A DNA stretch of 64,000 nt from an uncultured cyanobacterium (GTDB lineage: Bacteria > Cyanobacteriota > Cyanobacteriia > Cyanobacteriales > Nostocaceae), in contig CAVUDP010000002.1 in assembly GCA_963740315.1 (NCBI GenBank), forward strand, positions 1,632,001 to 1,696,000, written 5' to 3'. Position numbers and translations under genes: made by a program. This document shows positions 50,807 through 61,600 of the stretch, piece by piece. Within the stretch, counting starts at the first letter, position 1; each line of letters starts with the position of its first letter. The notes under the pieces are model-generated. The model searched no databases, was not told the origin of the DNA, and was given only the letters and a program-made list of their open reading frames with translations.

Positions 50807-52528
50807 TCATAACTGATTACTGCTTAACAATCTCAGGGCTGGAGAATTTTCTAACTGTAAGGAATGTTGGGGTATACCAATATCAATATTTTCTCGATCG
50901 AAAGCATATTTGAGACGACGACGTAATTCTCTACCTAAAGCAAATTGCGTACCGGGTTCGGTTTTAAACCATAATAAAATTTCGATACCATTATGGCTAA
51001 TATTATTAACACCTAAAACATTAATTGGGTCGATCGCTGATTCTTTCCACTCTTCATCAGTCTGCATTCCGCAAGCAGTTTCTTTAACTATTCTCAATGC
51101 TTTATCTACATCAGCTTCGGGACTAATTTCTACTGTAAAAACTATCCGCGACCAATCTTTTGTTAAATTATGAACTGTTGATATACTACTGTTAGAAATA
51201 GTGCTTAAAGTTCCATTTGCTTGGCGTAATTGTGTCATCCGCAAATTTACATTTTCTACAACACCTACAGTTCCACCGATATTAATTAAATCGCCAATAA
51301 TAAACTGGTCTTCCCAAAGCATGATAATACCATTGATAATATCCCTAATTAAATTTTGCGAACTAAAGGAAACCGCAAAACCAACAATTCCGGCTCCAGC
51401 TAATATTGGTAAAATAGGAATATGTAGTTTTTCTAAAAACCATAAAATACCTAATACCATCCAGATAAAAGTTATCGATCCCTTTAGAACATTAGAAAAA
51501 GTGGTTAATCGGGAAACACGTCGAGCAGAAACATCGGGTTTTTGTAATTCTCTATCTAGAAACTTTCTGAACAAAAAATCGATAATAACGCTACTAGCTT
51601 TAATACCTAAAATTGTTCCGAGAATAATGGCTAATAATAAAGGTTTTGTCAGCAACCAATCTTCTAACCATCGAGTAAAAGGAAACATCCCCGTAATTGC
51701 GGCTAAACCTAATACCCACAACATAAATAAACTAATTACTAATATCCATCTTTTGAGTCTATTAACATTTAGTTTGCGCTGCCAAACTAGTTTTTGCTGA
51801 CAGTAACGCATCATTTGCTCGTCTGATTGTTCTTCTAAAGTTGCTTCTGACTCAATTGCAAACTCACTCATTTGGGGTTTTTCTTCTTGAAGTCTTTCCC
51901 ACTTTTTCAAAAAACTTTTATACCAAAATATTAGTAATATAGTTAGTACAATAATTCCTACTAATATTCCCAAAGAATTGAAAATCTTATTCTGTAAAGA
52001 TTCTGGTTTCCTTTCTTGCCGTGCTTTAATTAATGCAGGACGAATATTTTTGCTGAACTGTTGAGCTAAATCGATTACCGATAAACCATGAAGTTGAGCA
52101 TCTAAATCAGTAACGCTCATTAACTTGCGTCGGGATAACTTGTTGCGATCGCCAACTAAAATGATGGTTTGTTGTTCGCTTTGAGCGGGAGTAACGTATA
52201 ATTGTCGAGGATTGAAATCTGTAGCAATAATTTCAGAAAGGTTATCTTCATACATTTTTACCCTAGTTTGAAGTGGTGAATTATTCCCATTTACGTTATT
52301 AGCAATTCCTCTGTTGGCTGCAATATACAAAAGTTCGCGTCCATCCAGCGTAATTGGAGCGTAGACGATGCTACTTCGATTGTCAGGAGAATTAGTAAAA
52401 GGGTTAGGATTAGGTTTTGCTTGGACTTGAATGCTTGTAAAGATAGTTAAACTAAAGGTTAAAAGGCTAATTAGTATAAAAGCTTTCTTCTGTAGCCGCT
52501 TTGTTAAACCTGTCAGTCGATTAACCAT
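50807..52528 (-). CDS. MscS family mechanosensitive channel with extended N-terminus
   Basis: AGAGIVGFAVSFSSQNLIRDIING...GDLI...GVVENVNLRMT...V.NLTKDWSR. Confidence 0.93.
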   Translation of the reverse strand: MVNRLTGLTKRLQKKAFILISLLTFSLTIFTSIQVQAKPNPNPFTNSPDNRSSIVYAPITLDGRELLYIAANRGIANNVNGNNSPLQTRVKMYEDNLSEIIATDFNPRQLYVTPAQSEQQTIILVGDRNKLSRRKLMSVTDLDAQLHGLSVIDLAQQFSKNIRPALIKARQERKPESLQNKIFNSLGILVGIIVLTILLIFWYKSFLKKWERLQEEKPQMSEFAIESEATLEEQSDEQMMRYCQQKLVWQRKLNVNRLKRWILVISLFMLWVLGLAAITGMFPFTRWLEDWLLTKPLLLAIILGTILGIKASSVIIDFLFRKFLDRELQKPDVSARRVSRLTTFSNVLKGSITFIWMVLGILWFLEKLHIPILPILAGAGIVGFAVSFSSQNLIRDIINGIIMLWEDQFIIGDLINIGGTVGVVENVNLRMTQLRQANGTLSTISNSSISTVHNLTKDWSRIVFTVEISPEADVDKALRIVKETACGMQTDEEWKESAIDPINVLGVNNISHNGIEILLWFKTEPGTQFALGRELRRRLKYAFDRENIDIGIPQHSLQLENSPALRLLSSNQL

Positions 52529-52608
52529 ATCTTTACCAAATTCAACTGGTTGACGGTTATTAGTTTAAAACGAAACTGTACCTGTTAAATTAATTTAACC
52601 TGGTAATT

Positions 52609-52806
52609 AAAGTTCGTAGTCAGAGCTTTAGCTCTCAAAGGATTAAAATCCTTACTACAAACCTGCTGATTTATATTATTAAAGTTCGTAGTCAGAGCTT
52701 TAGCTCTCAAAGGATTAAAATCCTTACTACAAACCTGCTGATTTATATTATTAAAGTTCGTAGTCAGAGCTTTAGCTCTCAAAGGATTAAAATCCTTACT
52801 ACAAAC
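52609..52806. repeat. Tandem repeat, about 3 x 72 bp, with the GTTCGTAGT...CTTACTACAAAC hairpin
   Basis: GTTCGTAGTCAGAGC at 52612, 52684 and 52756; same hairpin family as the 6.1 kb array. Confidence 0.95.
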
Positions 52807-52819
52807 TCGATCGTTTATA

Positions 52820-53644
52820 TTACTTTATTGCCCGTATAAAAAATATCGGCGCATCGCACCAAATACCTTTTTCTGTTGTTGGTAAATTCTGCATTTCTTT
52901 GATATATTCTGCAATACATTCCTCTAATTTATCTGCTGAAAGCTGAAAAACTTGATAACCAAAAACATTGTTTGCATTCATCTGCCAAATATTTTTAGCA
53001 ATGCTCTCATCTACTTTAAAATACCAACCAAACTGCTGGGTTTCTATTTGAAGATTTTTAAAACCTATTTCGTGCAATAATTGATGACATCTTTCAATAG
53101 TTCCCATTGGTGCGTTAGGATTGGGAACTTTTATACCATATCTTTGTGCAATTTCTCTAAATAAAACAGAAGGTGGGAAAGCATTTTCTTGCCAAACATT
53201 AAACGCTATAAATCCATCTGTTTTGATAAATTTATGCCATTTTCGCAAAGAAAAAGGAATATCAGTTAAATAACAGACAGCTAAAGAACACAATACAGCA
53301 TCAAAACTATTATCGCTAAATTCTAACATTTCCGCATCTGCTTCGATAAATTCAACATTTTGCAAACCTGTTTCAGCTAACTTTTGTTTGGCATTGCTCA
53401 ACATTCCCGCAGAGATATCAACACCGATAACCTTACCCGTATCACCAACTTTTTGAGCAGCATTCAGCGCAACTATACCCGTACCTGTCGCTACATCTAA
53501 TATTTTCTGTCCGTTTTGGAGATTTGCAAATTCAACTAACTTATTAGCGATCGCTCTAGAAAATCTGCCATTATCGTAATTTTTTCTGGAATTAAAGTCG
53601 GTTAATAATTGTTGTTTGTAAGTTGTTTGATGGTTAGATTGCAT
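52820..53644 (-). CDS. Class I SAM methyltransferase (UbiE-like), paralog 3
   Basis: ILDVATGTG, VIGVDIS, FDAVLC. Confidence 0.92.
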   Translation of the reverse strand: MQSNHQTTYKQQLLTDFNSRKNYDNGRFSRAIANKLVEFANLQNGQKILDVATGTGIVALNAAQKVGDTGKVIGVDISAGMLSNAKQKLAETGLQNVEFIEADAEMLEFSDNSFDAVLCSLAVCYLTDIPFSLRKWHKFIKTDGFIAFNVWQENAFPPSVLFREIAQRYGIKVPNPNAPMGTIERCHQLLHEIGFKNLQIETQQFGWYFKVDESIAKNIWQMNANNVFGYQVFQLSADKLEECIAEYIKEMQNLPTTEKGIWCDAPIFFIRAIK

Positions 53645-54005
53645 AGTTTTAGCGAGTCAGTTTATTAAAGGGGCGGGCAAGATTTATTTTATTCGCCAGC
53701 AAGATTTCTTAAATTAGCGAGCAAGATGCTCGCACTACATGATATTTATACTTATAAAGTTGCGCCGAATTTAGCCCACGCAGGTGGGCTTTGTAATTGT
53801 AGCCCCACTCTTCAAGAGTGAGGGCGATTAAGAATTGGTATTGCAAATTAGATTCGCTGAGGATAATCATGATTTCTGTATTATTTTCCACCAGCCAAAA
53901 AAGAAATTACTCTACTATATAATGTAAAACATTTTGATTTTAAGTTTTAGATTTTGGATTGTATTTAATCTAAAGTCCAAAATCCAAAATCCAAAATATA
54001 AATAG

Positions 54006-56153
54006 TTAACCTTTGACGCAAAGCACCTGTTTCAAAGTCGCGACAACTTCTACTAAATCCGATTGATTTTCCATAACTTGTTCAATGGACTTATAAGCAC
54101 CGGGAATTTCATCTAAAACTCCTTCATCTTTACGACATTCTACTCCTTTTGTTTGCTCAATCAAATCATCAAGCGTATAGGATTTTTTGGCTTTACTTCT
54201 TGACATTAAACGCCCCGCACCATGAGAGCAGGAACAAAAACTTTCAACGTTACCTTTACCTTTAACAATGTAAGATTTTGCTCCCATCGAACCGGGAATA
54301 ATTCCGTAATCTTCTTTTTGCGCTCTCACCGCACCTTTACGAGTAACGTACACATCTTCGTCAAAATGCAGTTCCTTCTCGGAATAATTATGGTGACAAT
54401 TCACCTCTAATAAAGGTTTAAACGCCTTTCCACCCGCTAAATGCTTTTCAATAATCCGCTTAAACCTTGCCATCATTACATCGCGGTTAAAACGCGCGTA
54501 TTCCTGCGCCCACTGCAAATCGTGCCAATAAGCAGCAAATTCCGGCGTACCAGCGACAAAATGAGCTAAATCGGGGTCTGGTAGTTTATTATCCGCCATT
54601 TTAGCTAAATCCTTCGCCGTACTAATATGATACTGCGCTAACTTATTGCCAATATTGCGGGAACCAGAATGCAGCATCAGCCATACTTGGTTTTCCGTAT
54701 CTACACAAACTTCAATAAAGTGATTCCCACCACCGAGGGAACCCAACTGCTTCATGGCTTTACTTTCTAAATCTTGCACTCTACGATGCAAGTCTTTGAA
54801 ATCGCTCCAATTTTGCCAGTTGGTTACAGCTTTTTCTACATCTTTATTTTCATTAAAACCAGTCGGAATTGCTGCTTCAATATCTAAGCGAATTTTCTTT
54901 AGTTTTCCTTCTAATTGTTCGCCTTTAAATGGGGTTTTGATCGCTCCCATGCCGCAATTATGAACAAATACACCCGCTTTCAAAGCAAAGTTATGATATT
55001 CGGGTACCGTTAAACAATAAACATCTTCTTTATAGTCTACAGGTACAACAGCAACTACTTTATGATTACATTGATGTTGATTGCGACGGTGATTATGAAG
55101 TCCAATGGGAGATTTAATTTCCGCACCACAAATATCGCAGGTGTAATATCTGTTAGCAATCTCTTTAGATTTTGCTCGTCCTCTTTCGCTTTTGTTATAG
55201 CTTATTAAATACTCCTTTCCACGCAAACCATTATCAGCAACCGATTGTTTAAAATGTTCTGGCTGCTGCTCCATATATTTGAGGATATTACGAGTTCCTC
55301 TTTCAGCGTAATATTCGTATCCTTCTGAAGTTTGAGCTTTTTGAGCAAGTGCAGCTTTTCGATTTCTTTCAAACTTCGGAGATTGCCAAGATTGATTTCG
55401 TTCTACTAAACTACGATGATAAGCAGAATGTTCTCTATTCCCCATAAACTCCAAGTTTTCTGGTCGGTTGTCAGATTCACTGAAGTTACGATGATGAATA
55501 ACTGTTCTTTGTCCATCAAAACGAGGAATTTCTCCTAACAATCTCGACCTGGCAATTATCCAATGTGCTTTTTGCCATCTACCAGAATATGGCTGAGAAA
55601 TTAATGTGTAACCATCCTTATCTAATTTAGAATAAAACGGCATTAAAGATGTTTCAGGTTTAAGATATTGCGCTTCTTTATAAGTTCCATCCCGTAACAT
55701 AAATTGATGGTCTGGAGTACAAAGAATTGCTTCACCATTATCTAAAATTACTTTCACCAAAGACGCATTTTTTCTTGTCAATTTAGCATTAGCTTTTGCC
55801 GCTACAATTTTTCCTGTCTCGGTACAAGCATATACAATAAATTCTTCATTTTTAGAAGCTAATTCTTTTAATGAATAAGATTTTCCATCAACCAAAGGAA
55901 TTAAAGTGCTACCCACAAAACAACCAATATCAACCCCCACCGCAGCAGGAATTATCGCTTCTTTAGTGGCAATTACCGAACCAACTAAAGCGCCTTTACC
56001 TAAATGAACGTCGGGCATCAAAGCTATGTGTTTAAATACAAAAGGTAGCGATGCAACGTTTTTCGCCATCTCGATTTCGTTACCCTTTAGATCGTGATTT
56101 GCCCAAGATAAAACGGGCGATTCTGTTGATACTTCTAACTTTTTATAAGGCAT
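54006..56153 (-). CDS. rtcB: RtcB RNA ligase precursor containing an intein
   Basis: MPDVHLGKG, GVDIG|CG, LGSLGGGNHFIE, HSGSR, HHNY, RKGA, PGSMG, SCSHGAGR, DEIPGAYK. Confidence 0.96.
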   Translation of the reverse strand: MPYKKLEVSTESPVLSWANHDLKGNEIEMAKNVASLPFVFKHIALMPDVHLGKGALVGSVIATKEAIIPAAVGVDIGCFVGSTLIPLVDGKSYSLKELASKNEEFIVYACTETGKIVAAKANAKLTRKNASLVKVILDNGEAILCTPDHQFMLRDGTYKEAQYLKPETSLMPFYSKLDKDGYTLISQPYSGRWQKAHWIIARSRLLGEIPRFDGQRTVIHHRNFSESDNRPENLEFMGNREHSAYHRSLVERNQSWQSPKFERNRKAALAQKAQTSEGYEYYAERGTRNILKYMEQQPEHFKQSVADNGLRGKEYLISYNKSERGRAKSKEIANRYYTCDICGAEIKSPIGLHNHRRNQHQCNHKVVAVVPVDYKEDVYCLTVPEYHNFALKAGVFVHNCGMGAIKTPFKGEQLEGKLKKIRLDIEAAIPTGFNENKDVEKAVTNWQNWSDFKDLHRRVQDLESKAMKQLGSLGGGNHFIEVCVDTENQVWLMLHSGSRNIGNKLAQYHISTAKDLAKMADNKLPDPDLAHFVAGTPEFAAYWHDLQWAQEYARFNRDVMMARFKRIIEKHLAGGKAFKPLLEVNCHHNYSEKELHFDEDVYVTRKGAVRAQKEDYGIIPGSMGAKSYIVKGKGNVESFCSCSHGAGRLMSRSKAKKSYTLDDLIEQTKGVECRKDEGVLDEIPGAYKSIEQVMENQSDLVEVVATLKQVLCVKG
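54957..55922 (-). mobile_element. 322-aa intein with HNH homing endonuclease and C2H2-like zinc finger
   Basis: N-terminal CFVGSTLI, block B CTPDH, C-terminal DVYCLTV..YHNFAL..GVFVHN followed by +1 Cys; HNH IHHRNFSESDNRPENL....EHSAYH; CDIC...H...H. Confidence 0.93.
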
Positions 56154-56389
56154 AATACAATTTTAGATTTTAGATTTTAGATTATTATTTTAATGAATAA
56201 TATCTCGGTCACGGTTAGTATGAACCGTACCTGAAGAAAATCGCTTGTAATACGATTGTAGTACAAAAAGAGGGAAAGTCAATCTTGATGTGCAAAATAA
56301 AAAACACGCAGTTGGCAAAAATATAATAAAATTTTATTAAGCAAATATTTTTATCTTTAACGCAATACCCGTATTAAGGTTTTATACAG

Positions 56390-57283
56390 ATGGCAGTTAC
56401 TGAAAATACGCTCTGGGAACGTTTTTTGTCTCCTGTAGTTCGTTTGTTTATTAATGAAGAAGAGTTGCGACGTTATTCCGAAAGCGTGGATTGGGAACAA
56501 GAGAGCGATCGCTTCCGACGAGATGATGTCGTGATTCCCGCATACTACAGTTCTCAGAATTTTCACGGGGTACCGAAAGGATACTTAAATTCTGGTGCTG
56601 CGGTGAGTTACGATGCCATTACTCAATATGTTTTACCACCGAATGAAAGTTGGATTCGTCAAGCTCTAATTGATGCGGTACAAGTAAAGCCCCGTCGTAT
56701 TCTCGATCTTGGCTGCGGCACGGGTTCGACAACTTTAATGTTAAAACAGGCTTTTCCAGATGCCGAAGTCATTGGATTGGATTTGTCTCCTTATATGTTG
56801 CTCAGAAGTTTCCACAAGTCGCAAAGTGTTGGTTTAAACATCGAGTGGCAGCAGGGAAATGCCGAAAATACATCTTTTCCCGATGCTTCGTTTGATTTAG
56901 TTACAGCTTCTTTGTTGTTCCATGAAACGCCGATCGCAGCTACACAAGCGATTTTGCATGAATGTTTTCGGTTGCTGGTACCTGGGGGACAAGTTTTGAT
57001 TTTAGATGGCAATCAGAAAACCTTACGTCAGCTAGAATGGCTGAATAATATTTTTGAAGAACCTTATATTCAGGAATATGCGAATGATAGTACCGATGCA
57101 AGTATGGGTGCGGCGGGATTTGCAGCAGTACGAACCGAAGATGTATGGTTTATTAGTCAACTAACTAGCGCTATCAAGCCGATTTTAGCAGAAAGTGCTA
57201 CCGCTCAAACGGATGTTAGGCATTACACTCCTAGCTCTAGTAGTACCTTAGATGATAGCTTTGGTTTACCGTCCCCAGCGTAG
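56390..57283 (+). CDS. Class I SAM-dependent methyltransferase
   Basis: ILDLGCGTG, GLDLSPYML, FDLVTASLLFHE. Confidence 0.92.
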   Translation: MAVTENTLWERFLSPVVRLFINEEELRRYSESVDWEQESDRFRRDDVVIPAYYSSQNFHGVPKGYLNSGAAVSYDAITQYVLPPNESWIRQALIDAVQVKPRRILDLGCGTGSTTLMLKQAFPDAEVIGLDLSPYMLLRSFHKSQSVGLNIEWQQGNAENTSFPDASFDLVTASLLFHETPIAATQAILHECFRLLVPGGQVLILDGNQKTLRQLEWLNNIFEEPYIQEYANDSTDASMGAAGFAAVRTEDVWFISQLTSAIKPILAESATAQTDVRHYTPSSSSTLDDSFGLPSPA

Positions 57284-57292
57284 TAAGCAAGC

Positions 57293-58015
57293 ATGATCAA
57301 GGCAGTTATATTTGATTTTAATGGCGTTATCATCAACGATGAGCCGATTCATCAGCAGTTGATTGAAGAAATTTTGCTGGAAGAAAATTTGGTACTTAAA
57401 CCGGGTGAGTATCGAAAAGTTTGCTTGGGGTGTAGCGATCGCGCTTGTTTGCGAGATTTATTAGCAAGTCGCGGCAGAGTTGTTGATGAAGAATATTTAA
57501 CTAAATTACAACAAAAAAAAGCCCAAAGCTACGCCGAGCAAATAGAAACCTTAGAAAAACTGCCTTTATATCCCGGTTTGCAAGACTTAATATATAAAAT
57601 ACGTGTAGGTAAGTTAAAGTTAGCAATAGTTAGCGGCGCGATTCGCAAAGAGATTGACTTAGTTTTGCACCGCGCCGAGTTAGCAGAATATTTTCAAATT
57701 ATAGTTGCCGCAGACGACATCACTACTACCAAACCAAATCCTGACGGTTATTTACTAGCGATCGAACATCTGAGCCAAGAATATCCAGAATTAAATCTGC
57801 AAGCAAACGAATGTTTGGCAATTGAAGATACATTAAGTGGTATTCAAGCAGCAAAAGCAGCAGAGATGAAAGTAGTGGGAGTTGCGAATACCTATCCATT
57901 TCATATGCTACAACGTCAAGCCAACTGGACTGTAGATTATTTAACTGAATTGGAATTAGAGCGAATACAAGAAATTTATTCTCCCGCACCAGTGCAATCA
58001 ACTGGCGAGGAATGA
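57293..58015 (+). CDS. HAD family phosphatase/hydrolase
   Basis: FDFNGVI, IVSG, KPNPDGY, IEDT..GI.AAK.A. Confidence 0.92.
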   Translation: MIKAVIFDFNGVIINDEPIHQQLIEEILLEENLVLKPGEYRKVCLGCSDRACLRDLLASRGRVVDEEYLTKLQQKKAQSYAEQIETLEKLPLYPGLQDLIYKIRVGKLKLAIVSGAIRKEIDLVLHRAELAEYFQIIVAADDITTTKPNPDGYLLAIEHLSQEYPELNLQANECLAIEDTLSGIQAAKAAEMKVVGVANTYPFHMLQRQANWTVDYLTELELERIQEIYSPAPVQSTGEE

Positions 58016-58020
58016 TGTTA

Positions 58021-58377
58021 TATAGCAACCCTAAATCATTTTGGGACTTACGCTGGCACAATTTTCTTGTAGGGTGTGTGACGCTACGAAAAAATATGAA
58101 CGTAGTAATAAGACTTGTAGCGTCACGCACCAACCGGGTAAGTTGTTACGCATTTAACTTGTATAATATTAGCGACCAAGATGGTCGCACTACAATATTT
58201 TCACGTTTTAGGATTATATAATTTAGCTGCACATCAGCTTATTATGACAATTTCGCAAGTCCTGTCATAGTTATTAATATTTAGAATTGTAGTGCGAGCA
58301 TCTTGCTCGCTGGCAGTAGCGAAGCATCTTGCTGGCATTAATTATTGATATTTCACGAATCATTTAGGATTGCTATA
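58021..58377. mobile_element. Putative MITE with TA-ended inverted repeats, containing nested REP hairpins
   Basis: Left TATAGCAACCCTAAATCATT, right AATCATTTAGGATTGCTATA. Related ends at ~24622-24640 and ~49716. Confidence 0.6.
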
Positions 58378-58610
58378 GTTAATTAAATATTTTTAGAGTT
58401 GATTTTTTAATCTAAACAGGACTTACGTAAGCCCCCCTTGCCAAGGGGGGTTGGGGGGATCTAAAATGTCAGGAACACTAAAACTGATAACTTGTACCAA
58501 TCTCAATTAGCCTTCACAACCACCTTGGAATAAATTCCCAGGCTTATAGGCAAAGTCTACTTAAGTAGACTGCGACTTCGGGAATAGTACAAGGGCAAGC
58601 ACCTCGAAGG

Positions 58611-61600
58611 TTTTCAATCCCGTTGCCGGGATTCATAAATAAGAAACTGATTGCTGCTGGTGCATTATTGTGTAGAGTTAAATGTTTCAATCCCGTTGCC
58701 GGGATTCATAAATAAGAAACCGACTATCTTTTTATTAACAACCACGCTTACAGCGAGTTTCAATCCCGTTGCCGGGATTCATAAATAAGAAACCTCGACC
58801 GGGTAATGCACGTTGTCCGTCTTTACCGTGTTTCAATCCCGTTGCCGGGATTCATAAATAAGAAACAGTACATTTACTGAAAAATTAAATTAGCAAATTA
58901 TAGTTTCAATCCCGTTGCCGGGATTCATAAATAAGAAACATCTTTATCAATGAGACAGGACTTACCAAAATACACTTGTTTCAATCCCGTTGCCGGGATT
59001 CATAAATAAGAAACATCAAACAATATTAGCTGTAAACATTTCGGGGAGTTGTTTCAATCCCGTTGCCGGGATTCATAAATAAGAAACGAAATTTCAGGGA
59101 ATAAAAATGTTGTTGTGTTATGTTTCAATCCCGTTGCCGGGATTCATAAATAAGAAACCTAAACATTTGCTCGTTTCGGACCCACTCGTTAAAAGTTTCA
59201 ATCCCGTTGCCGGGATTCATAAATAAGAAACAATAGTAGAGGTTAGTGCAACTCGCGCAATGTTTGTTTCAATCCCGTTGCCGGGATTCATAAATAAGAA
59301 ACAACCAACTTCTAATCCTTTGACCGTAAGAATATTTGTTTCAATCCCGTTGCCGGGATTCATAAATAAGAAACGACTAACTTTACACCTGTATTAACCG
59401 TAGTTGAACCCGTTTCAATCCCGTTGCCGGGATTCATAAATAAGAAACAATAGTTGAACGCACTAACGAATATGAATTTTTACGTTTCAATCCCGTTGCC
59501 GGGATTCATAAATAAGAAACCTTAGATATCTCTTCTAAAGTTGTTTCAACTATCTCGTTTCAATCCCGTTGCCGGGATTCATAAATAAGAAACCTACCAG
59601 CTTGGGGACAACTACTTATGCTGGTGCGAGTTTCAATCCCGTTGCCGGGATTCATAAATAAGAAACAAAGCATGGTTCGCTGACACTCCTGATGATGTTT
59701 CGTTTCAATCCCGTTGCCGGGATTCATAAATAAGAAACCAAAGTAAACGTAGTGTATGAAGAAGGTAATATTTCTGTTTCAATCCCGTTGCCGGGATTCA
59801 TAAATAAGAAACGTGGGAGATTATAAAATATTGTCTTACGAGCAAGAGTTTCAATCCCGTTGCCGGGATTCATAAATAAGAAACAACCGCGATCGGTCCG
59901 AATATCTGGTTCCCAATTGTCATGTTTCAATCCCGTTGCCGGGATTCATAAATAAGAAACCAGGGGTTTACTTTCAGATAGAACTCAGGCTTATACGAAT
60001 GTTTCAATCCCGTTGCCGGGATTCATAAATAAGAAACTTTTCAGCTTACAACTTGACACCAACAATACCAAAGGTTTCAATCCCGTTGCCGGGATTCATA
60101 AATAAGAAACAGTTCCGCAATGGGTGCTACCTATTCGGACTGTACGTTTCAATCCCGTTGCCGGGATTCATAAATAAGAAACTTTTTTAGAGATTTTTTT
60201 CAGACCCCCATTTTGGGGTTTCAATCCCGTTGCCGGGATTCATAAATAAGAAACTCAATTTAGGCAATAACAATAATCCTTTAGCAAATTGTTTCAATCC
60301 CGTTGCCGGGATTCATAAATAAGAAACTATTAAATTAGGCGATTTCCCCGATAAATTTTAGTTTCAATCCCGTTGCCGGGATTCATAAATAAGAAACCCA
60401 AATCCAGCAGATGAAGAATATATTTCTTGAATTGTTTCAATCCCGTTGCCGGGATTCATAAATAAGAAACTCCTAAGCCAGCATCTAACTGTTCTTTAGT
60501 TCCATTGTTTCAATCCCGTTGCCGGGATTCATAAATAAGAAACATTTTACTGAAGGTGAAGGTGGTAATAACCAGTATTGTTTCAATCCCGTTGCCGGGA
60601 TTCATAAATAAGAAACCTGTGGTTAGTTGCAAATATGTTCTGAGTATGTCTTGTTTCAATCCCGTTGCCGGGATTCATAAATAAGAAACACTTAAAGAAA
60701 TATATAAAGATTTCCAAAACAATAGTTTCAATCCCGTTGCCGGGATTCATAAATAAGAAACTTCCTTACGTTCCTCCATTAACTCTAAATCTAAGCGTTT
60801 CAATCCCGTTGCCGGGATTCATAAATAAGAAACCTTATAACGCACAATCAGGTAGTATTAAAAATTCTTCGTTTCAATCCCGTTGCCGGGATTCATAAAT
60901 AAGAAACTAAATCTCAGTATAAGGATATTGTTGCTACTAAACGTTTCAATCCCGTTGCCGGGATTCATAAATAAGAAACATTCAAGGACCACAATTCCAG
61001 CAGTTTGAAGCAAGTTTCAATCCCGTTGCCGGGATTCATAAATAAGAAACATGAAGTGTCTTCTGAAGGAGACGGTAGATTTAGCGGTTTCAATCCCGTT
61101 GCCGGGATTCATAAATAAGAAACTATTGGCAACAGTAATACTAACGACAATGACGGCTGTTTCAATCCCGTTGCCGGGATTCATAAATAAGAAACATATA
61201 CTCTCCGAGGTAGCTACCTCTTGGCTGATAGTTTCAATCCCGTTGCCGGGATTCATAAATAAGAAACTCGCGAGCTAACCGAGAAAATCCGTATACCAAG
61301 TCTGGTTTCAATCCCGTTGCCGGGATTCATAAATAAGAAACTTAAATATTGTAGATTCTCAGTTGGGCAAGATAATTGTTTCAATCCCGTTGCCGGGATT
61401 CATAAATAAGAAACTATCAAGCAGCTTATGAAAAAAAACATGGATTCAAAATGTTTCAATCCCGTTGCCGGGATTCATAAATAAGAAACTTGGTAATCGA
61501 GTGAACCAATCGTAAATTTTGACGGTTTCAATCCCGTTGCCGGGATTCATAAATAAGAAACGTAACGCCAATTTCGGCAGATTTGATGGCTAATTCATGT

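Noticed and set aside
51201..51800. 199-aa ORF antisense to mscS and other short antisense or overlapping ORFs (e.g. 2654, 5355, 12475, 18722, 22159, 31568, 41566, 57726)
   Set aside because: Shadow frames of well-supported genes, with no recognisable motifs
56206..56270. LexA-like box or hairpin upstream of rtcB
   Set aside because: The GTAC-containing words do not fit the cyanobacterial LexA spacing; the short hairpin alone is not diagnostic
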